Positions 37,820 through 51,200 are shown, counted from the whole stretch's first letter. The stretch: DNA of 63,892 bases, filler included, from Asterionella formosa (GCA_002256025.1; 15 parts of 15 records of this genome joined end to end with filler, not necessarily neighbours in it), one strand, 5' to 3'. Notes: generated from the sequence alone by a model not told the origin. Numbers and translations: made by a program.

Positions 37820-38773
37820 TTAGATGTTGGTGACGGCATAGACGCGAATCAAATTGTCACTGTATCCGGCGAACAACGTGGTTCCATCGGCCGACCAGGC
37901 CAAACAAGTGCAAATGGGGACCTTACCAAACTCACTCTCCTCAGGACGAAGGGTGTCAACCACAACCTTCGACTCCAAATCCCAAATCTTGATGCAATCA
38001 TCGGTAGCAGCACACAACCAGTAACGGTTAGGGCTGAAGCAAAGGGAATGAATAATTTCTCCAGCATCGAGAGAATACAGGCGCTTGCCTTCGTTCAAGT
38101 CCCAGAGCATCGCAGTGCCGTCCTTACCTCCCGAAGCACAGAGCGAGCCATCAGGAGAAACACATACCGTGTTGAGGTAGCCGGTGTGTCCGACAAGGTC
38201 GTTACGGAGCTTGCAGTTGGTCAGGGCAAAGACCTTGACAAGTCTGTCCCATCCACATGAAACAATGAGGGGAACCGATTGCGAAGGGCTGAAGCGGACG
38301 CAGGAGACCCAGTCAGAGTGGCCCTCGGACTCTCCAGAAGAAATAGTGTATTTGCATTCCCCCAAGGTGTTCCATAGCTTGATGCACTTGTCTCGAGATC
38401 CTGAAACAATCTGACGATTGTCCACGGAAAAGGCGACGGAAAGGACGTCCTTTCCATGTCCGACGAAACGACGAGTCGTCTTTCCGGAATGAATCTCCCA
38501 GAGACGGAGAGTTCCGTCCCAAGAGCCACTCAAGGCGAACTGTCCATCGCTAGAGATGACAACGTCAGACACAAAATGGGAGTGACCGCGAAGAGCACGA
38601 CGAGCGAATCCGTACTGGTTGTCGTGGCCAGAATGGGTGAGCGACCAAACGATGACGCTCTTGTCGCGAGACGACGAAAGAAGCAAGTTGGGATCTTCAG
38701 TGGTGGTGGCGAGGGAGGTGACCCAGTCGCCGTGGCCCTCGAGCGTTCCGCGCAAAGTAAGTGTTTCGGACAT
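37820..38773 (-). CDS. RACK1: Receptor for activated C kinase 1 (40S ribosomal WD40 protein), 317 aa, intronless
   Basis: [19 protein letters not shown]...[30 protein letters not shown]...[14 protein letters not shown]...[16 protein letters not shown] at 38773. Confidence 0.98.
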   Translation of the reverse strand: MSETLTLRGTLEGHGDWVTSLATTTEDPNLLLSSSRDKSVIVWSLTHSGHDNQYGFARRALRGHSHFVSDVVISSDGQFALSGSWDGTLRLWEIHSGKTTRRFVGHGKDVLSVAFSVDNRQIVSGSRDKCIKLWNTLGECKYTISSGESEGHSDWVSCVRFSPSQSVPLIVSCGWDRLVKVFALTNCKLRNDLVGHTGYLNTVCVSPDGSLCASGGKDGTAMLWDLNEGKRLYSLDAGEIIHSLCFSPNRYWLCAATDDCIKIWDLESKVVVDTLRPEESEFGKVPICTCLAWSADGTTLFAGYSDNLIRVYAVTNI

Positions 38774-41700
38774 GGTTGCTGGACGGTGAAAGATTAGAGG
38801 TTGATGTGAGTGTTGCGTTGTGGATGGAGCAACACCTGTAATTCTTTGAAACCACTTACTAAAAACATAACAAAGCAAAAAGGAACTTCGAGAGGCCTTA
38901 TTTATGTACAGTACCAGGTACCAAGTACGAGGGTACCACCCATCGTCAGCAGGCAGACGTCTTTCCTCAGACGTTAACGCTGATTTTCGTAGAAATGTTC
39001 GGACATTAGGCCGGTTATTCGACCAGTGTCTGAAATTCATTAGTTAACTTCATGGAGGCATGCTTAAACATTCCTCTGCTACAAACTATGAAAAAAGGAT
39101 CTTTTGTGTATGGGCAGCAGATTTCAGTGAGGAATGATGGCACAATGGACCTATCATGTGTATGTTGGCAATTTCATTGAGGATCAGCATCAAGCAAAAA
39201 GTACAAAAGCACACACCACATCATACTCACCAGCCATTCAGTGCATCTCCACATCATGGCAAATAATGTCCACATTCATGGGCATCCACTCCAGATGTTA
39301 ATAAGCAAGCAAATGGAAATAAAAAACATTGTGGCTGGTGAGCCAAGGTGGGCATACATCCTCAATAGCTTCCTGTTTGAAAAGTGATGCTTGTTGGAGC
39401 AAGAAGCTGCTTGACTCACAGCACATGCTAGAAACCAGCTCCAACAACTGTAAATTGAAGGCCAAGGGATGGGAACAAGAAGGCAAGGTAGGATGCACAT
39501 CAAAGCAGCAGGCTATACCCTTTTGATACAGAATGCAATGACAGAGGAACTGGCTGATNNNNNNNNNNNNNNNNNNNNNNNNNNNNNNNNNNNNNNNNNN
39601 NNNNNNNNNNNNNNNNNNNNNNNNNNNNNNNNNNNNNNNNNNNNNNNNNNNNNNNNNNNNNNNNNNNNNNNNNNNNNNNNNNNNNNNNNNNNNNNNNNNN
39701 NNNNNNNNNNNNNNNNNNNNNNNNNNNNNNNNNNNNNNNNNNNNNNNNNNNNNNNNNNNNNNNNNNNNNNNNNNNNNNNNNNNNNNNNNNNNNNNNNNNN
39801 NNNNNNNNNNNNNNNNNNNNNNNNNNNNNNNNNNNNNNNNNNNNNNNNNNNNNNNNNNNNNNNNNNNNNNNNNNNNNNNNNNNNNNNNNNNNNNNNNNNN
39901 NNNNNNNNNNNNNNNNNNNNNNNNNNNNNNNNNNNNNNNNNNNNNNNNNNNNNNNNNNNNNNNNNNNNNNNNNNNNNNNNNNNNNNNNNNNNNNNNNNNN
40001 NNNNNNNNNNNNNNNNNNNNNNNNNNNNNNNNNNNNNNNNNNNNNNNNNNNNNNNNNNNNNNNNNNNNNNNNNNNNNNNNNNNNNNNNNNNNNNNNNNNN
40101 NNNNNNNNNNNNNNNNNNNNNNNNNNNNNNNNNNNNNNNNNNNNNATCAAATCAGCAGGGTGCCCAGTGGAAATTTCCAAGCCACGTTTATTCCAATCCA
40201 ATAGACTGGGTACTAATCTGACCAATTTTTTCAAATGGAATGTATTTATGTCGAATTCAATACAGCTCTTGAAAGCAATAGCCGATTGTTGTTTCCAGAC
40301 CGTCACCGGCCAATTTTAGAGATTTACCAATTTATTATATCAGGTTTTGAGGAGCCATGAGAATTTGCTTCTTGAACTTGGGATTTGCCAGGAGGATTTA
40401 GGAACACACTCAATACAAAAGGGGTCTGCTGCTTATGTGAGTTGATTTCCTGGTGAAACATTTTCAGGTGCAATTAGGCAGAGTGTAGGGGAGAAGTTTG
40501 ATGCCTAAAGTGAACGAAGATATCTATATCCGATCATATGAGCAGCAGGAGGGTAGGGATAAGTTTGTTGGAAGGGCTTCTTATTTGAGTGGTCTCCCTT
40601 TGTTACTTGCCCAGTTTTCTGCATCCCCTCCTATAAATAGTAAAGTCTGAATCTGTTGAGCGAGGCTGATATCACAACCCACTGGTAATCTACAACAAAG
40701 CTGCATTTTCAAATGATAATATGCACACAAATATTTGCCAACTTTGTAGAAAATTGCTTGGCTGAAATTTCTTCCATGAGGCGAAATTGGAAATGTGGGA
40801 TCATTTTAATGCCAATGAGTGAGAGAAAGTCCACATTATTTCGAATGCCGAGGAGGTTGGGATTGAGTTTTCCAGCAGCTGCACATGAGAGTTATATCCA
40901 TGGGACCCAGAATATTCTTTTCTAGTATTCACAGGGATTCCTCCTCCTCGTGTTCTTCTTGCATTATTGCAAGAAGTGAAGGGGAAGCAGCAATTAATTA
41001 TAGGTCTTGTAGGTCAGTTCGATGAGAGATTAACAAAATATCGTTACTGGAGACAAATTCATGGTGGAATGATTGGTGAGACCAGAATGATTAGGGTGGT
41101 GGGACAAGGGACCTTTGGGCAGCTGTTGCTGTGGCTGGGGGAAATTAATTGTTTTCAGGAGCCAAACTTGCGGAGATACATAGAGGACCTGACAATACTA
41201 TTATTGCGCCAAAGCGGTTCAAACTACAAATGTGCATCTAAGCCGCGAAATACGCCACTTTTCGAAATTTTACCTCCGTAGGAGTGTGAATTATGTGGTA
41301 CTTCAAATGATTAACGCCACTCTTCCCGTAATTAACAAGTTTAGCTACTTTTAACCACGGTATCATGTGAAGTTTTAATGATGAAGTTTGAACTTGAGAT
41401 TGAATAAGTTGATGTGTCAAATAATTCATTTCAAATTTCAATTTAAGGTCCTGCTGTTGTGGATAGTTTATCCATGACACACACCATCATTTAAGAAAAT
41501 AGTTACGATATTTGTGGTGTCTAATTTCATGCATGGGCAAACAACAATTTACGGTTGAGCACATCACGTAAAGAATATAGACTCCTCGGGTCAATAATAT
41601 TGCTCTTTCTGGTTTTTCATGTGATGATTTACAATCATACAGTGAATTTAAGACGGAACTATTAATTATTACAACTTATTTTTTCTAAGTTCAAGATTCG

Positions 41701-43196
41701 CTCTATATTAGAGAAAATTCATTGCGACATCCAACTTAATTTTACAAGCAATACAAATATGTATGGTGTCGATGCACCAAGCTTCCTTATTGATTTACAA
41801 AAATGTTCATCTGTGAATTGTTGCATCCGAGTGGTGCGGCAGGTGTTTAAAAGCTATGTTTGGATAGAATACTGCTGTGCTATAGACTCATAGTCTTCTT
41901 TGGTTGCGAAAGTTAAGATTCAGAGCATTGCAACCAACAAAAACCCCTGTAGAGGTCTTGGAGATGTGTAGTACCTTCTTTGTGATGATGGCATTGTATA
42001 TTTTCATAGCAGAGCTCTTACTGGCGTTAATTATCCAGGCATATGAAGTGTAGTTGATACTACATTTCTGGAACCTAATGCTCTGTATCTGGATTTGTTA
42101 ATCCAGTTCCAATAAGTTGCAGTCGATTGACTGGAGCTAAATGCTTAACCATCTTCATCCAGAGGTGAATTGTCTATTTAGGCAAAATTACCACCACAAC
42201 TTGCCTGTCATGGGTATTAAAACCTCCCATCGCCCAACAACATACGACACTGTTGTTAGCAAGTACTGCCAGTTTAGCTACAGGAAACAGGAAATACATA
42301 ACAAGAAGGAGGAGTGATGATGAGTGTTGCATTTCTGCAGGGGATTCTTGAGGGCTTTTGTGAAAAGATGATCTTAAGCTGCTTTGGTTGTGGTGACATC
42401 TACTAGTATAGTAGACATGCACCAACATACATATAGTGTGACAGTGATTGTAAGCAAGATATCCTACCTGTACCCGGTATTGCTCCAGCCACGACTGACC
42501 GTGACCCGGAAGTGCTGATGATTTGTCCATCAGTAAGTTTCTTATGCAGCGTTACGACTAACGGTTATATAATATTGTATTTGAGCAATACTTGTATGGT
42601 AGTTACATGGTGGTCACCACCCCAGACAGAATACAGACAGCTCGTCGCGCTTCAGGGTTATGCCGGTAGTCGTGAAAGTACACCAATATTGACAACCATA
42701 CTTTCGATGCTACTAAATAATTTAATTCATGGATAAGCCTCAAAAATCGGTACAAAATGTGTCGATTTCTACAAGGTTACAGATAATGTTATTTATGGGT
42801 CGAAAATATCCTCTTTATACATTTTCCACGTGCGTCAAAATGATCTGGTGACAACGACATGCGAACGAAGTTGAGGATGATTAGTTCGCTTGCTCGTGCT
42901 TCGGTCCACTGTGCTCTCGTAATACTCTTACCGTTAAACTACCGGCACATAAATAATATAAACACACATACAAATCCCGTTCCACATAAAAACACAGAAT
43001 CGGTAGCTATCACATTAGAATATGGCATTCTTCTCCCGAAGTCTCCAGCAGGTTCCATTTCTACAGTGTACAGTTAAATAAAGTACAGTATACGCACAAA
43101 TAAACGGATGACCCAAAATATTATCAAAAAGACGGGCACGTACCGGTAATTTATCCTCATTGTCAGCTGTTGTAACGATTTTCATTTATTGGGACC

Positions 43197-43958
43197 ATGA
43201 ACACTTCTCTAAACAGCTCACACAAGCAACGCATCAAGAAGAAAAACAGGAGTAAGAAGAATGCGACTAAGGAATCTGTAACTCTCACGCCACAGTGTGC
43301 CAACGAAATTGCACGAATGCACATTATGATTCAACAGCGACATGCAAAAGCAGAACAGTCCTGTCGTCTCGGAGAGCAGCCCAGCAGTCGCTGTAGTTCC
43401 ATCGACGCTGAAGATATTTTCTCGCTCTCTAAGTGGTCACAAACATATCCTGATGACGCCCCACTGGAAACACGACGCAAGTCAGGTGAGCCAGTGCGTC
43501 GCCGAAGATTCTCAGTATCACGTAGCTCCCATGTGAAAGAACCTGCTTCGTTGCTATCTACCGACAAGGACGCTCCTAAAGACGCTCCTGTCATCGAGCG
43601 CAAAGGATGGTTCCAAAGACGCTGCTCCGAAGGCGAATCGGGAAATGAGTCTGAAGAAGCGATCATCTACGCCTTGCAAGACTGTGAAGACAATGACAAC
43701 ATCAATCTACTGAGCAATCAGTCCTTGTCCGACGACCCTTATGATGCCAAGGCATCTAGGCAGCGAAGACGGGGTAGTCTATATGAATTATTTGATGGTC
43801 TACGGGCCTCTGCTGATGTTCGACGTCTCTCGATTGCTAGCATGACGACTATTACTACGTCCAACAGGACGTTCCCTGGAAGCGAGACTGTTATCACGGA
43901 CAATGAAGGATTCAGTCTTTCGTCCGCGAATGATAAAGAAATAGTCGTTGTAGAATAA
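43197..43958 (+). CDS. Hypothetical low-complexity S/R-rich protein (253 aa)
   Basis: Intact ORF with higher GC than its flanks, a basic N-terminus, and repeated RRxS motifs (RRKS, RRFS, RRCS, RRGS, RRLS). Confidence 0.65.
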   Translation: MNTSLNSSHKQRIKKKNRSKKNATKESVTLTPQCANEIARMHIMIQQRHAKAEQSCRLGEQPSSRCSSIDAEDIFSLSKWSQTYPDDAPLETRRKSGEPVRRRRFSVSRSSHVKEPASLLSTDKDAPKDAPVIERKGWFQRRCSEGESGNESEEAIIYALQDCEDNDNINLLSNQSLSDDPYDAKASRQRRRGSLYELFDGLRASADVRRLSIASMTTITTSNRTFPGSETVITDNEGFSLSSANDKEIVVVE

Positions 43959-44390
43959 TGTCAAGTGAAATAGTTATCAGCATGTATCTAGCTTGTTTTC
44001 TTTACCCACTATAATCAGTTTGTAAAGCTCGAGATTGAAAATCAATAACGCGTTATGTTCAAGCTAGAAAAGTTACCGACTACACATTTGAACATACGTC
44101 CACAGCAACAGTTGATCTTAGTTCGAAGATGTTGATCGTTAGGCGCAAAAAAATTCATTCCAGATCGATGGGAGCATGGTGTGTCGAATGTATTTCGGTA
44201 TCGTTGTATTCCTTCGTCCTCCTTAGCTTTTTTACAGCTATACCTGTCTTCTGGTACTTTGGCCGGGCCAACTAGCAAGCAGGTATAAATGGAACTTGCA
44301 ATTATAATGCACTTGTTGCTTCTGCGTGGCCCCAAAAAACGTCATGACAAATCCAAATTTATTCTAATCGTGTTTCCTTGGGACTTCTTC

Positions 44391-44803
44391 TGTCGGAGTG
44401 TGTCTGTTAGGCTGTTGATGTCGACAAGTGTCCGAAGACTAGGTACCCGAAGTCTGAGGAATGTCTAAACGGAAATAGACAGGATTTATTTAGCAGAATA
44501 ATACGCAAACGAGCGCAGCGAGAAAGATCTTGACCGGTCATTCCAGGGCAGGACTGGAGCGCGCTGGAGTATGCGCCATATATTTCAACAGAGCTCGTTA
44601 GTACAAGTGGCACGAGGATGTACGTGAAAACCAGAGGTCGACAGTTCGATTCCTCATCAAGAGCAGAAAGAAAAAAGAGACGAAGAAAACGAGAGGGCAA
44701 TATGAGAATTCCTGTAGGAAAAGATGTGTCGAGCATACACATTAGGATGATGTGTATGTGGAGCATCAACAGGAGGGTGTCAGAGTGTGTCTGTTAGGCT
44801 GTT
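44391..44803 (+). mobile_element. Possible miniature LTR element (TRIM-like) or tandem LTR
   Basis: TGTC(G/A)GAGTGTGTCTGTTAGGCTGTT at 44391 and 44778. The second copy is preceded by purine-rich AGGAGGG and is cut by the scaffold end. Confidence 0.45.
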
Positions 44804-45084
44804 NNNNNNNNNNNNNNNNNNNNNNNNNNNNNNNNNNNNNNNNNNNNTTAATTAATTAANNNNNNNNNNNNNNNNNNNNNNNNNNNNNNNNNNNNNNNNN
44901 NNNAGATACTTCTGTCAGGAGATGTTGTGAGGTAGGAGCACTTGAGTACACTTGTGGTGAATCAATGTAATTGAGTTCTGTTGTTGACACGACTCTGAAA
45001 ACATGTAATTTTGCGTTGAATCATTGTTTTCTATGTATATATATATTTTACTTACGCACAGCGTTTGATCTCAGGCATGCGGTA

Positions 45085-45179
45085 CAGGCAAGTTGCGATG
45101 AATTTGCTTAAACTAAAAGTTTAGCTATCTTTATCCCATATTAATTGTTAGTTTAAGCAAAATTACCGCAACTTGCAGG
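45085..45179. mobile_element. ~95-bp foldback MITE flanked by TA
   Basis: 29-bp inverted arms at 45088-45116 and 45148-45176 (GCAAGTTGCG..TTTGCTTAAACTAA, 3 mismatches). TA at 45083-84 and 45180-81. Confidence 0.65.
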
Positions 45180-46954
45180 TACCTGGAGTAACGGTACCGG
45201 TATCTACAGAAGGGTCGGGCCTAATGCGAACTGTAAGATACATACAGAATAGATATGTAGTAGGTAGTACAGTACCGGTAGTATCCTTCCCATTTTTACA
45301 ATGATGTGCGGCTCTCGTAACATCTCTACCAGTATACCGATGTATGTATTGTGCATTCCTACATACCGGTAGTGGCCCTCATCACAATTTTAACAAACGA
45401 GCGCAGCATGTCGTTCATCCAATCAGAGCAACATGTAACAGGAGGGCGTTCATTCAGAAAATTAGCCCATATCACGATCTGGATTTATGAATGGGAAAGC
45501 TTCAGTCCGTATGTAGTGGTATATATCCAAACAAATAAAAATGGTTGTAGTTTTTTTATCTTTCACCATGTTACTGGCACTCCCACTGCCCAATAACAGT
45601 TGAATTGAATGTTCAAGTTTCTCTGGGGCCATTTAGACTCCTACAATTTCTCTCACTCAATTGCCCTATTGAGCAGCTTGCTTTAGTGCATCTCAAGCAG
45701 CATACAGATGCCTGGCCCCCCATTTTTGCTGCCACCACCTCTTCTCAACAAATTATGAAAAACGATCAAACACCAGAAGAACATCGATTTGTCTTTGACT
45801 ATGGTTTATGCAATTTCAAAGAAGGACTGCCTGCTGATGGAGAAGACAAAATTGATGGTCAGATCATTTTTGTGCATGGAACCATTAAATATTTGGCATG
45901 CAGTTTCAAAATTGATAAAATAACTAAAAACAATATTTTTTGAACTGCGCGCTTGAATTCTATTATAATGGCTGCAAATTCTTGACTGGCCATCCTCTAA
46001 AATACAACCATGAAAAAATGATTGCAGCAATTAGAGAGATCTAATATTGCAAACATATGACTCATTGTAAATTAGCTGCTCTTGCACACTTTCAAAGTCA
46101 ACAAATTTTTGGATTGCCAAAGATAATAGAGATAATGTAATATAAGACCGCACACCAGAAGTGCAGTCAAGCCAAGAACGCTTGTGGAGGAGGATAAGAT
46201 TAGTCATTTTATGTATTGTGTTCACCATTTACAATTTAACCAGAATCCAGATCAAGAATATCCTTCCCCTGANNNNNNNNNNNNNNNNNNNNNNNNNNNN
46301 NNNNNNNNNNNNNNNNTTAATTAATTAANNNNNNNNNNNNNNNNNNNNNNNNNNNNNNNNNNNNNNNNNNNNAGGGATATGGAGTGAGCCGGGCAAGTTC
46401 GGCTTGAAGATGGGCCACCCCCGAGCTGTGGGAGTGGGAGGAAGGGCCGGAAAGGGCAGACCAGGCAGAGGCATGGTCAGAAAGGTGTAGATAGGATGCC
46501 GGGGAAGCCGAAGGCAGAGCCCGGGGTGAAATATGGGGTGGTGGGTAGGGACTCATAGAATACGGGGCTGAATAGCGAAGAGGAGGCGCAGACGTGCGGG
46601 GGTCCATAGCGAACTCGGATGATGAGGGCGGGACAAAATGCGGAAGTTGAGCATTAGTGGAGAACTGGTGATGGCAGGTAGGGTTAGGGTTCTGGTTAGG
46701 GTTAAGCGGTGCCACCAAAAGTTCACCATGGGGATGGGGAAATAATGCACCAGCATTGTGTTGTTGCCATGCAGCCAATTCGCCACTGAATGCAGCTGCA
46801 TCAGTGTCATTGGCATCATGAGGCGATGGAGATCGCATGATGGAGGGAAGTCTGGTAAGGGATCAGTAACCTGTGTGTGTTGAGAGGGAGAAACGCTTGC
46901 AACGGATGCCAGCGGCAGCTACATTAACAAGGAACTGAGATTCTAAAGTAGTAT

Positions 46955-47741
46955 TTAACTAGCTGTAGAGGGACCAGTACTCACGGGAATTAAGCACTTA
47001 CAGGAATCTTGGTAGGATATACGGAGTAACCGGTATATGGTACCAACAACTGGTTTGAACATTTTCTCTAGTCCATCCGTTGGTACGTTTGTTCCATGCC
47101 ACTCACTCCACTTTACGTCACGTGTATTGACCACAGTATTTGTCTCGTGATTATACATGCGATACGTATCTTGAGAGTGGTCATCTGAGTATCCCAAAAA
47201 GACACACTTGATGGAACGTGCATCTAATTTCTTGACACCTTCTCTTATAGTAACCCAACCAACACGTCCAAATTGCCTGTAGAGCTTGTAGGGCCTCCTT
47301 GTATTCGTTTCTCCATAGAACACATCATCAGGACTCTTCTTAGTCACTGAATTCACTGTACTGTTCGTCAATCTTGTCGCAGTATGTACCGCTTCTGCCC
47401 ACAATAGCCCCTGATATTCATCTGTAAACTTCGCACTTAGCATCATAGCGAGTGCTCTCTGACGCACTGTAACAAAACCACGTTCCACAACACCGTTGTG
47501 CTGCGGAGTATGAGGTGCCGTAAATTCCATCTTGACACCTTGGTTTTCGCATACTTTCTTTAGTTGCTTGGAGTTCTCACCTGCGTCATCACATCGGACA
47601 AACTTAGTCTTATATCCCGCACCTGCAAGTTTTGTGAGTAACGCTCCAATGACAATTCCGATGTCACTTTTCTTCTTAATAAAATAACTCCAGCGTTTCC
47701 TTGTATAATCGTCCACGGCCATCACCCAATACTGATTTCCC
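46955..47741 (-). mobile_element. Ty1/copia integrase core plus SH3-like region (fragment)
   Basis: GNQYWVMAVDDYTR, VRCDDAGEN, TAPHTPQHNGVVER (DDE), LWAEAVHTA, KLDARSIKCVFLGYS. Homology ends near 47040. Confidence 0.95.
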
Positions 47742-48489
47742 NNNNNNNNNNNNNNNNNNNNNNNNNNNNNNNNNNNNNNNNNNNNTTAATTAATTAANNN
47801 NNNNNNNNNNNNNNNNNNNNNNNNNNNNNNNNNNNNNNNNNTATAGAATGACATAGTATCCATATCTCATAATTGAAGAATTACTAACACCATAGAATGG
47901 TCATCATGTAATGTTGCAGCATAAACACACAAAATTGAAAGGATAGGTTCCCACCACCGCTTCTTTGGTAACGTTATGCTTGTACTCCGGATTCTTTGAT
48001 AGCATTATGAAGATGAGACCTTTTCAAGATAATTTCAGATTAACTCACTGGGGGAACTACTTTTGAATATATTATGATAGCATCAATAGTAATTTTTTTC
48101 TTGTTACCTATATGACGACCACCAATTTCAGGTCACCAGAAGGTATTATGATATAAGATAGTATCAATATCTTTGAAAGGACAACATTTCTATTTCCTGA
48201 TTACGTTATGTCTTGTATGATTAACCATGCTAAGCATAGCCCTATCTTGATAATTTAGAATCATCAAGTAAACCTAGGAGGGCCCAATTTTCGCATACGG
48301 GTGCATTGCTTGCATTGTTCTTGATCAGTATACTGTATGTAATATTTACCAGTATCAGCATACCAGTATACTGTTGGATTGGAATAAAGTAACTGTAATA
48401 ATAACTGGTGGGACTCCCCAATACCATACTGCCTGATGTTAGTAGAAGTATAACTGGTATACTGCTGGAAGCCAAAAAATAGCTTGCAG

Positions 48490-48910
48490 TTAACTGCAGT
48501 ATAAAATCACCAACCTATGCCTGGTAACTGGAATTGTACATAGGGTGCCTGATACCCTACCATACCGGTACCCTGGTACCAGGTACCAGTACCTGGTGCT
48601 GGTAACTGGTACCTGGTACTTCTGCCAGGTAACTGGAATTGTACACACCGATATGATACAGTACCCGGTATGCATACTGTGCCAGTATTGACAATTAATT
48701 CTACCCCCAATACTACCATTTTTTGAAGTAGTGAAAGCTAGTGCACTAGTTAACTATCATGATGCACTTACAAAGCATGCACTGTGTGTGAGTGGGCAGT
48801 GCCACTGTGCTGGTACCAGGTACCAGGGTTACCAGGGGCGATGCTGTTACAATGCATGAAGTACCCTGGTACCGGTACCTGGTACTACGGTATGTACCAG
48901 GTACCAGCAC
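48490..48910. repeat. Cluster of palindromic TACC(W)GGTA / GGTACC micro-repeats
   Basis: Examples: taccggtaccctggtaccaggtaccagtacctgg at 48563, and further runs at ~48812 and ~48862-48908. Confidence 0.8.
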
Positions 48911-49310
48911 CTGGTGTTGCCGGATTTTGCTAGCTTCGTTGTGTGTAATGCTGATTCAACTGGTCTGGTATTTATACTGGGTAAGAAGCAGGCAATGAAA
49001 TAACAAGGTACAGTACATTGAAAATGAAATTTGAATTTAATATAGTAAGTATTTATGTTATTATTTAGTAGTATACGCATTTGTTTAGCTTAACACGGCT
49101 GTAGTTGTGGATGCCCACCACCACTGCAACCTTTCAACATTTGGTTGACAAGAATGTGAGTAACAATCTTATCCAAAACATATGTCTCATAGATTTAATA
49201 CAGGGCTAGANNNNNNNNNNNNNNNNNNNNNNNNNNNNNNNNNNNNNNNNNNNNTTAATTAATTAANNNNNNNNNNNNNNNNNNNNNNNNNNNNNNNNNN
49301 NNNNNNNNNN

Positions 49311-50084
49311 TCATTGCAAGAGCGGTTGCAGTAACTTCAGCGTTTCCTACCAGTTCCTCTACTGCACCAAAGTTACCTTGCGTAGACCAAAATCCAAAGT
49401 TAAGTGGAAGATTCATTGCGGAGCAGATGATATCTGCTGCATCTGCTGGTCCCATTCTGGCTTTGTGACAACCCAAAATAAACTGTTTGTTGATAAAAAA
49501 GAGTTTTTGCTAATATTGCGTTATTTCTTATCTCATCATTTCTGTCTCCATTGCTGTTGCTTCTTGCAGGTTCGAGTTTAGAAATCAGTTTCTGACAGTT
49601 CAAACAAGAGACTTTTTTGAATTCGCTTGCCAAGCCGTAATTTTTGGTAGGTACAACAATCAACGGTTGTTTCATTGTTGAAATCGGAAAGTCAAACACA
49701 TCCTGCTCCAGAAATGATTCACATTGCTGTTCAATGGACTGCTTTTGTTGTCTATTTGATGTAAAGTAAGTTACAAAGTCACGAAGTGATTGTTTGCAAT
49801 ATTCTTTACAAATTTATTCACACAACCTTTGCAATACATATCTTCCTGCAGAAATTTCGACAATGTATAATAGTCGATTATATGATTCGTGTTCAGTTGA
49901 GAGCAGTCTGTTTTAATTGGTGACGATGTGATTGCTAGTTCAATTGGTGAAGTGGTTGTTGTAGGGGACAAGATGGCATCTTAGAGGTCCACCAATTTTG
50001 ATTTTCATCGGACGCTATATTTCGTCTTCCTTGACCACCAACACCAATTTCGGAAATGAGACGGCTACCACTGGAACGTGGCAT
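49311..50084 (-). mobile_element. Degenerate Mutator-like/Kolobok-type DNA transposase, N-terminal part
   Basis: Broken frames give CKGC...NYGLASEFKKVSCLNC...LGCHKARMGPADAADIICSAMNLP, which matches the CxxC-GLAS-CxxC-GxG-LNLP pattern of the Pfam 'Mutator-like transposase' family. Confidence 0.6.
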
Positions 50085-50265
50085 GATTTTGTCTTATAAT
50101 AGTTGGTGTTGCTGTTTTTAATAGCTGGTTGATTCGTTAGATTGTGTAAAAATAAAATTTATTTGAAATTCATGCCACCTCACTTCTAGAAGGTTTTGAA
50201 ACATCGTACGTAGGTGGATTGAAGTTCTTGATTTAATAATGAAATAAATGAAAATCGTAAAAACA

Positions 50266-50679
50266 CTAATCATTAATAGATTTAGAACATTTAGAACGTT
50301 TGGAAGTTGGTTTGAAACCAGTGAACACTTCGTTTGGGTCCTTGTTCTTCAAAAGAGATCGAACCCCCTTCAAACAACAGTCAGGAAGTTGCATCCGAAC
50401 ACCTTTTCCCAATGGACCACTGAAAACTCTGATTAGAAACTTGTACAGAAGATTGCGGGCTCTTGATGCCGTAATGTCTTCATCCTTCAGCCTGGTAAGA
50501 ATGGATTAACCTTCCAGAAACTTCTCCACCAACTCTTCGACTTCATCCCATTGGCACTGACATTCAGGGCAGCAAAAATCGCAGCATTCGCAGAAGATGC
50601 GATCCTCACATCCCTCCACATACGACTCTACAATCAACCGGTCTTGGCAGGTAGGACAACTATCATGACTGTAGTTAAA
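50266..50679 (-). pseudogene. P2X7-C-terminal (ballast/nanor-like) Cys-rich ORF with one in-frame stop
   Basis: Manual translation: ...CPTC...CECCDFCCPECQCQW...*...RARNLLYKFLIRVFSGPLGKGVRMQLPDCCLKGVRSLLKNKDPNEVFTGFK. The stop is at 50506-50508. Not in the ORF track. Confidence 0.7.
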
Positions 50680-50779
50680 NNNNNNNNNNNNNNNNNNNNN
50701 NNNNNNNNNNNNNNNNNNNNNNNTTAATTAATTAANNNNNNNNNNNNNNNNNNNNNNNNNNNNNNNNNNNNNNNNNNNN

Positions 50780-51200
50780 GATAAGTGAAAAAGCTGTTAA
50801 GATAGCAGATATTAATGGTGTCATGTGTGACAGGCATGGAGTTGAAATTGCCAAAGCAACCATGCAAGATGTGACTTTGTTGCCTACGGGCAAATACAAT
50901 TTATTCAGTTTGACAAAAATGATGAAAAAGGGATGGAAATTAAGTGGTGATGATGATGCAATTGTGTTGACAATGAATGATAAAACAATAACATTTGACA
51001 TCAAAATTCCAACTCCAAAGGGTCTGTTGTATGCCATGTACATGAAGAGGGCGGTGACAGAAGTTGCTGGTGCAGGCGCAGATTGTGGTGCCAAATTATC
51101 TATTACAGAAATACATGATAAACTTGGACATGTAGCTAAATGAAGATATGGCAAGGAAGACAGCCAAAGCTATTGGCTGGAACTTGACTGTAGGTGGCAT
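50780..51200 (+). mobile_element. Ty1/copia pol fragment (protease C-terminal region to GAG-pre-integrase)
   Basis: MQDVTLLPTGKYNLFSLTKMMKKGW...FDIKIPTPKGLLY...HDKLGH, then a frameshift to NEDMARKTAKAIGW. Confidence 0.85.

Noticed and set aside
38774..39040. N-terminal extension of RACK1 in the ORF track
   Set aside because: Conserved RACK1 starts at MSETL (38773). The upstream in-frame stretch is UTR or promoter.
35508..40306. Long ORFs running through N gaps
   Set aside because: Their length comes from X residues only.
44986..45000. GACACGACTCTGAAA as the 3' end of the LTR starting at 44778
   Set aside because: It resembles the reverse complement of the LTR start but lies on a different contig across a linker, so it cannot be linked.
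45560..46270. RTE-like LINE reverse transcriptase remnant
   Set aside because: Only an IKYLACS resemblance to FKYLGS, too degraded to support.
46677..46703. Telomeric repeat
   Set aside because: Only a few interrupted units, which encode PNQNPNP within a Pro-rich partial ORF (46373-46838) that I could not assign.
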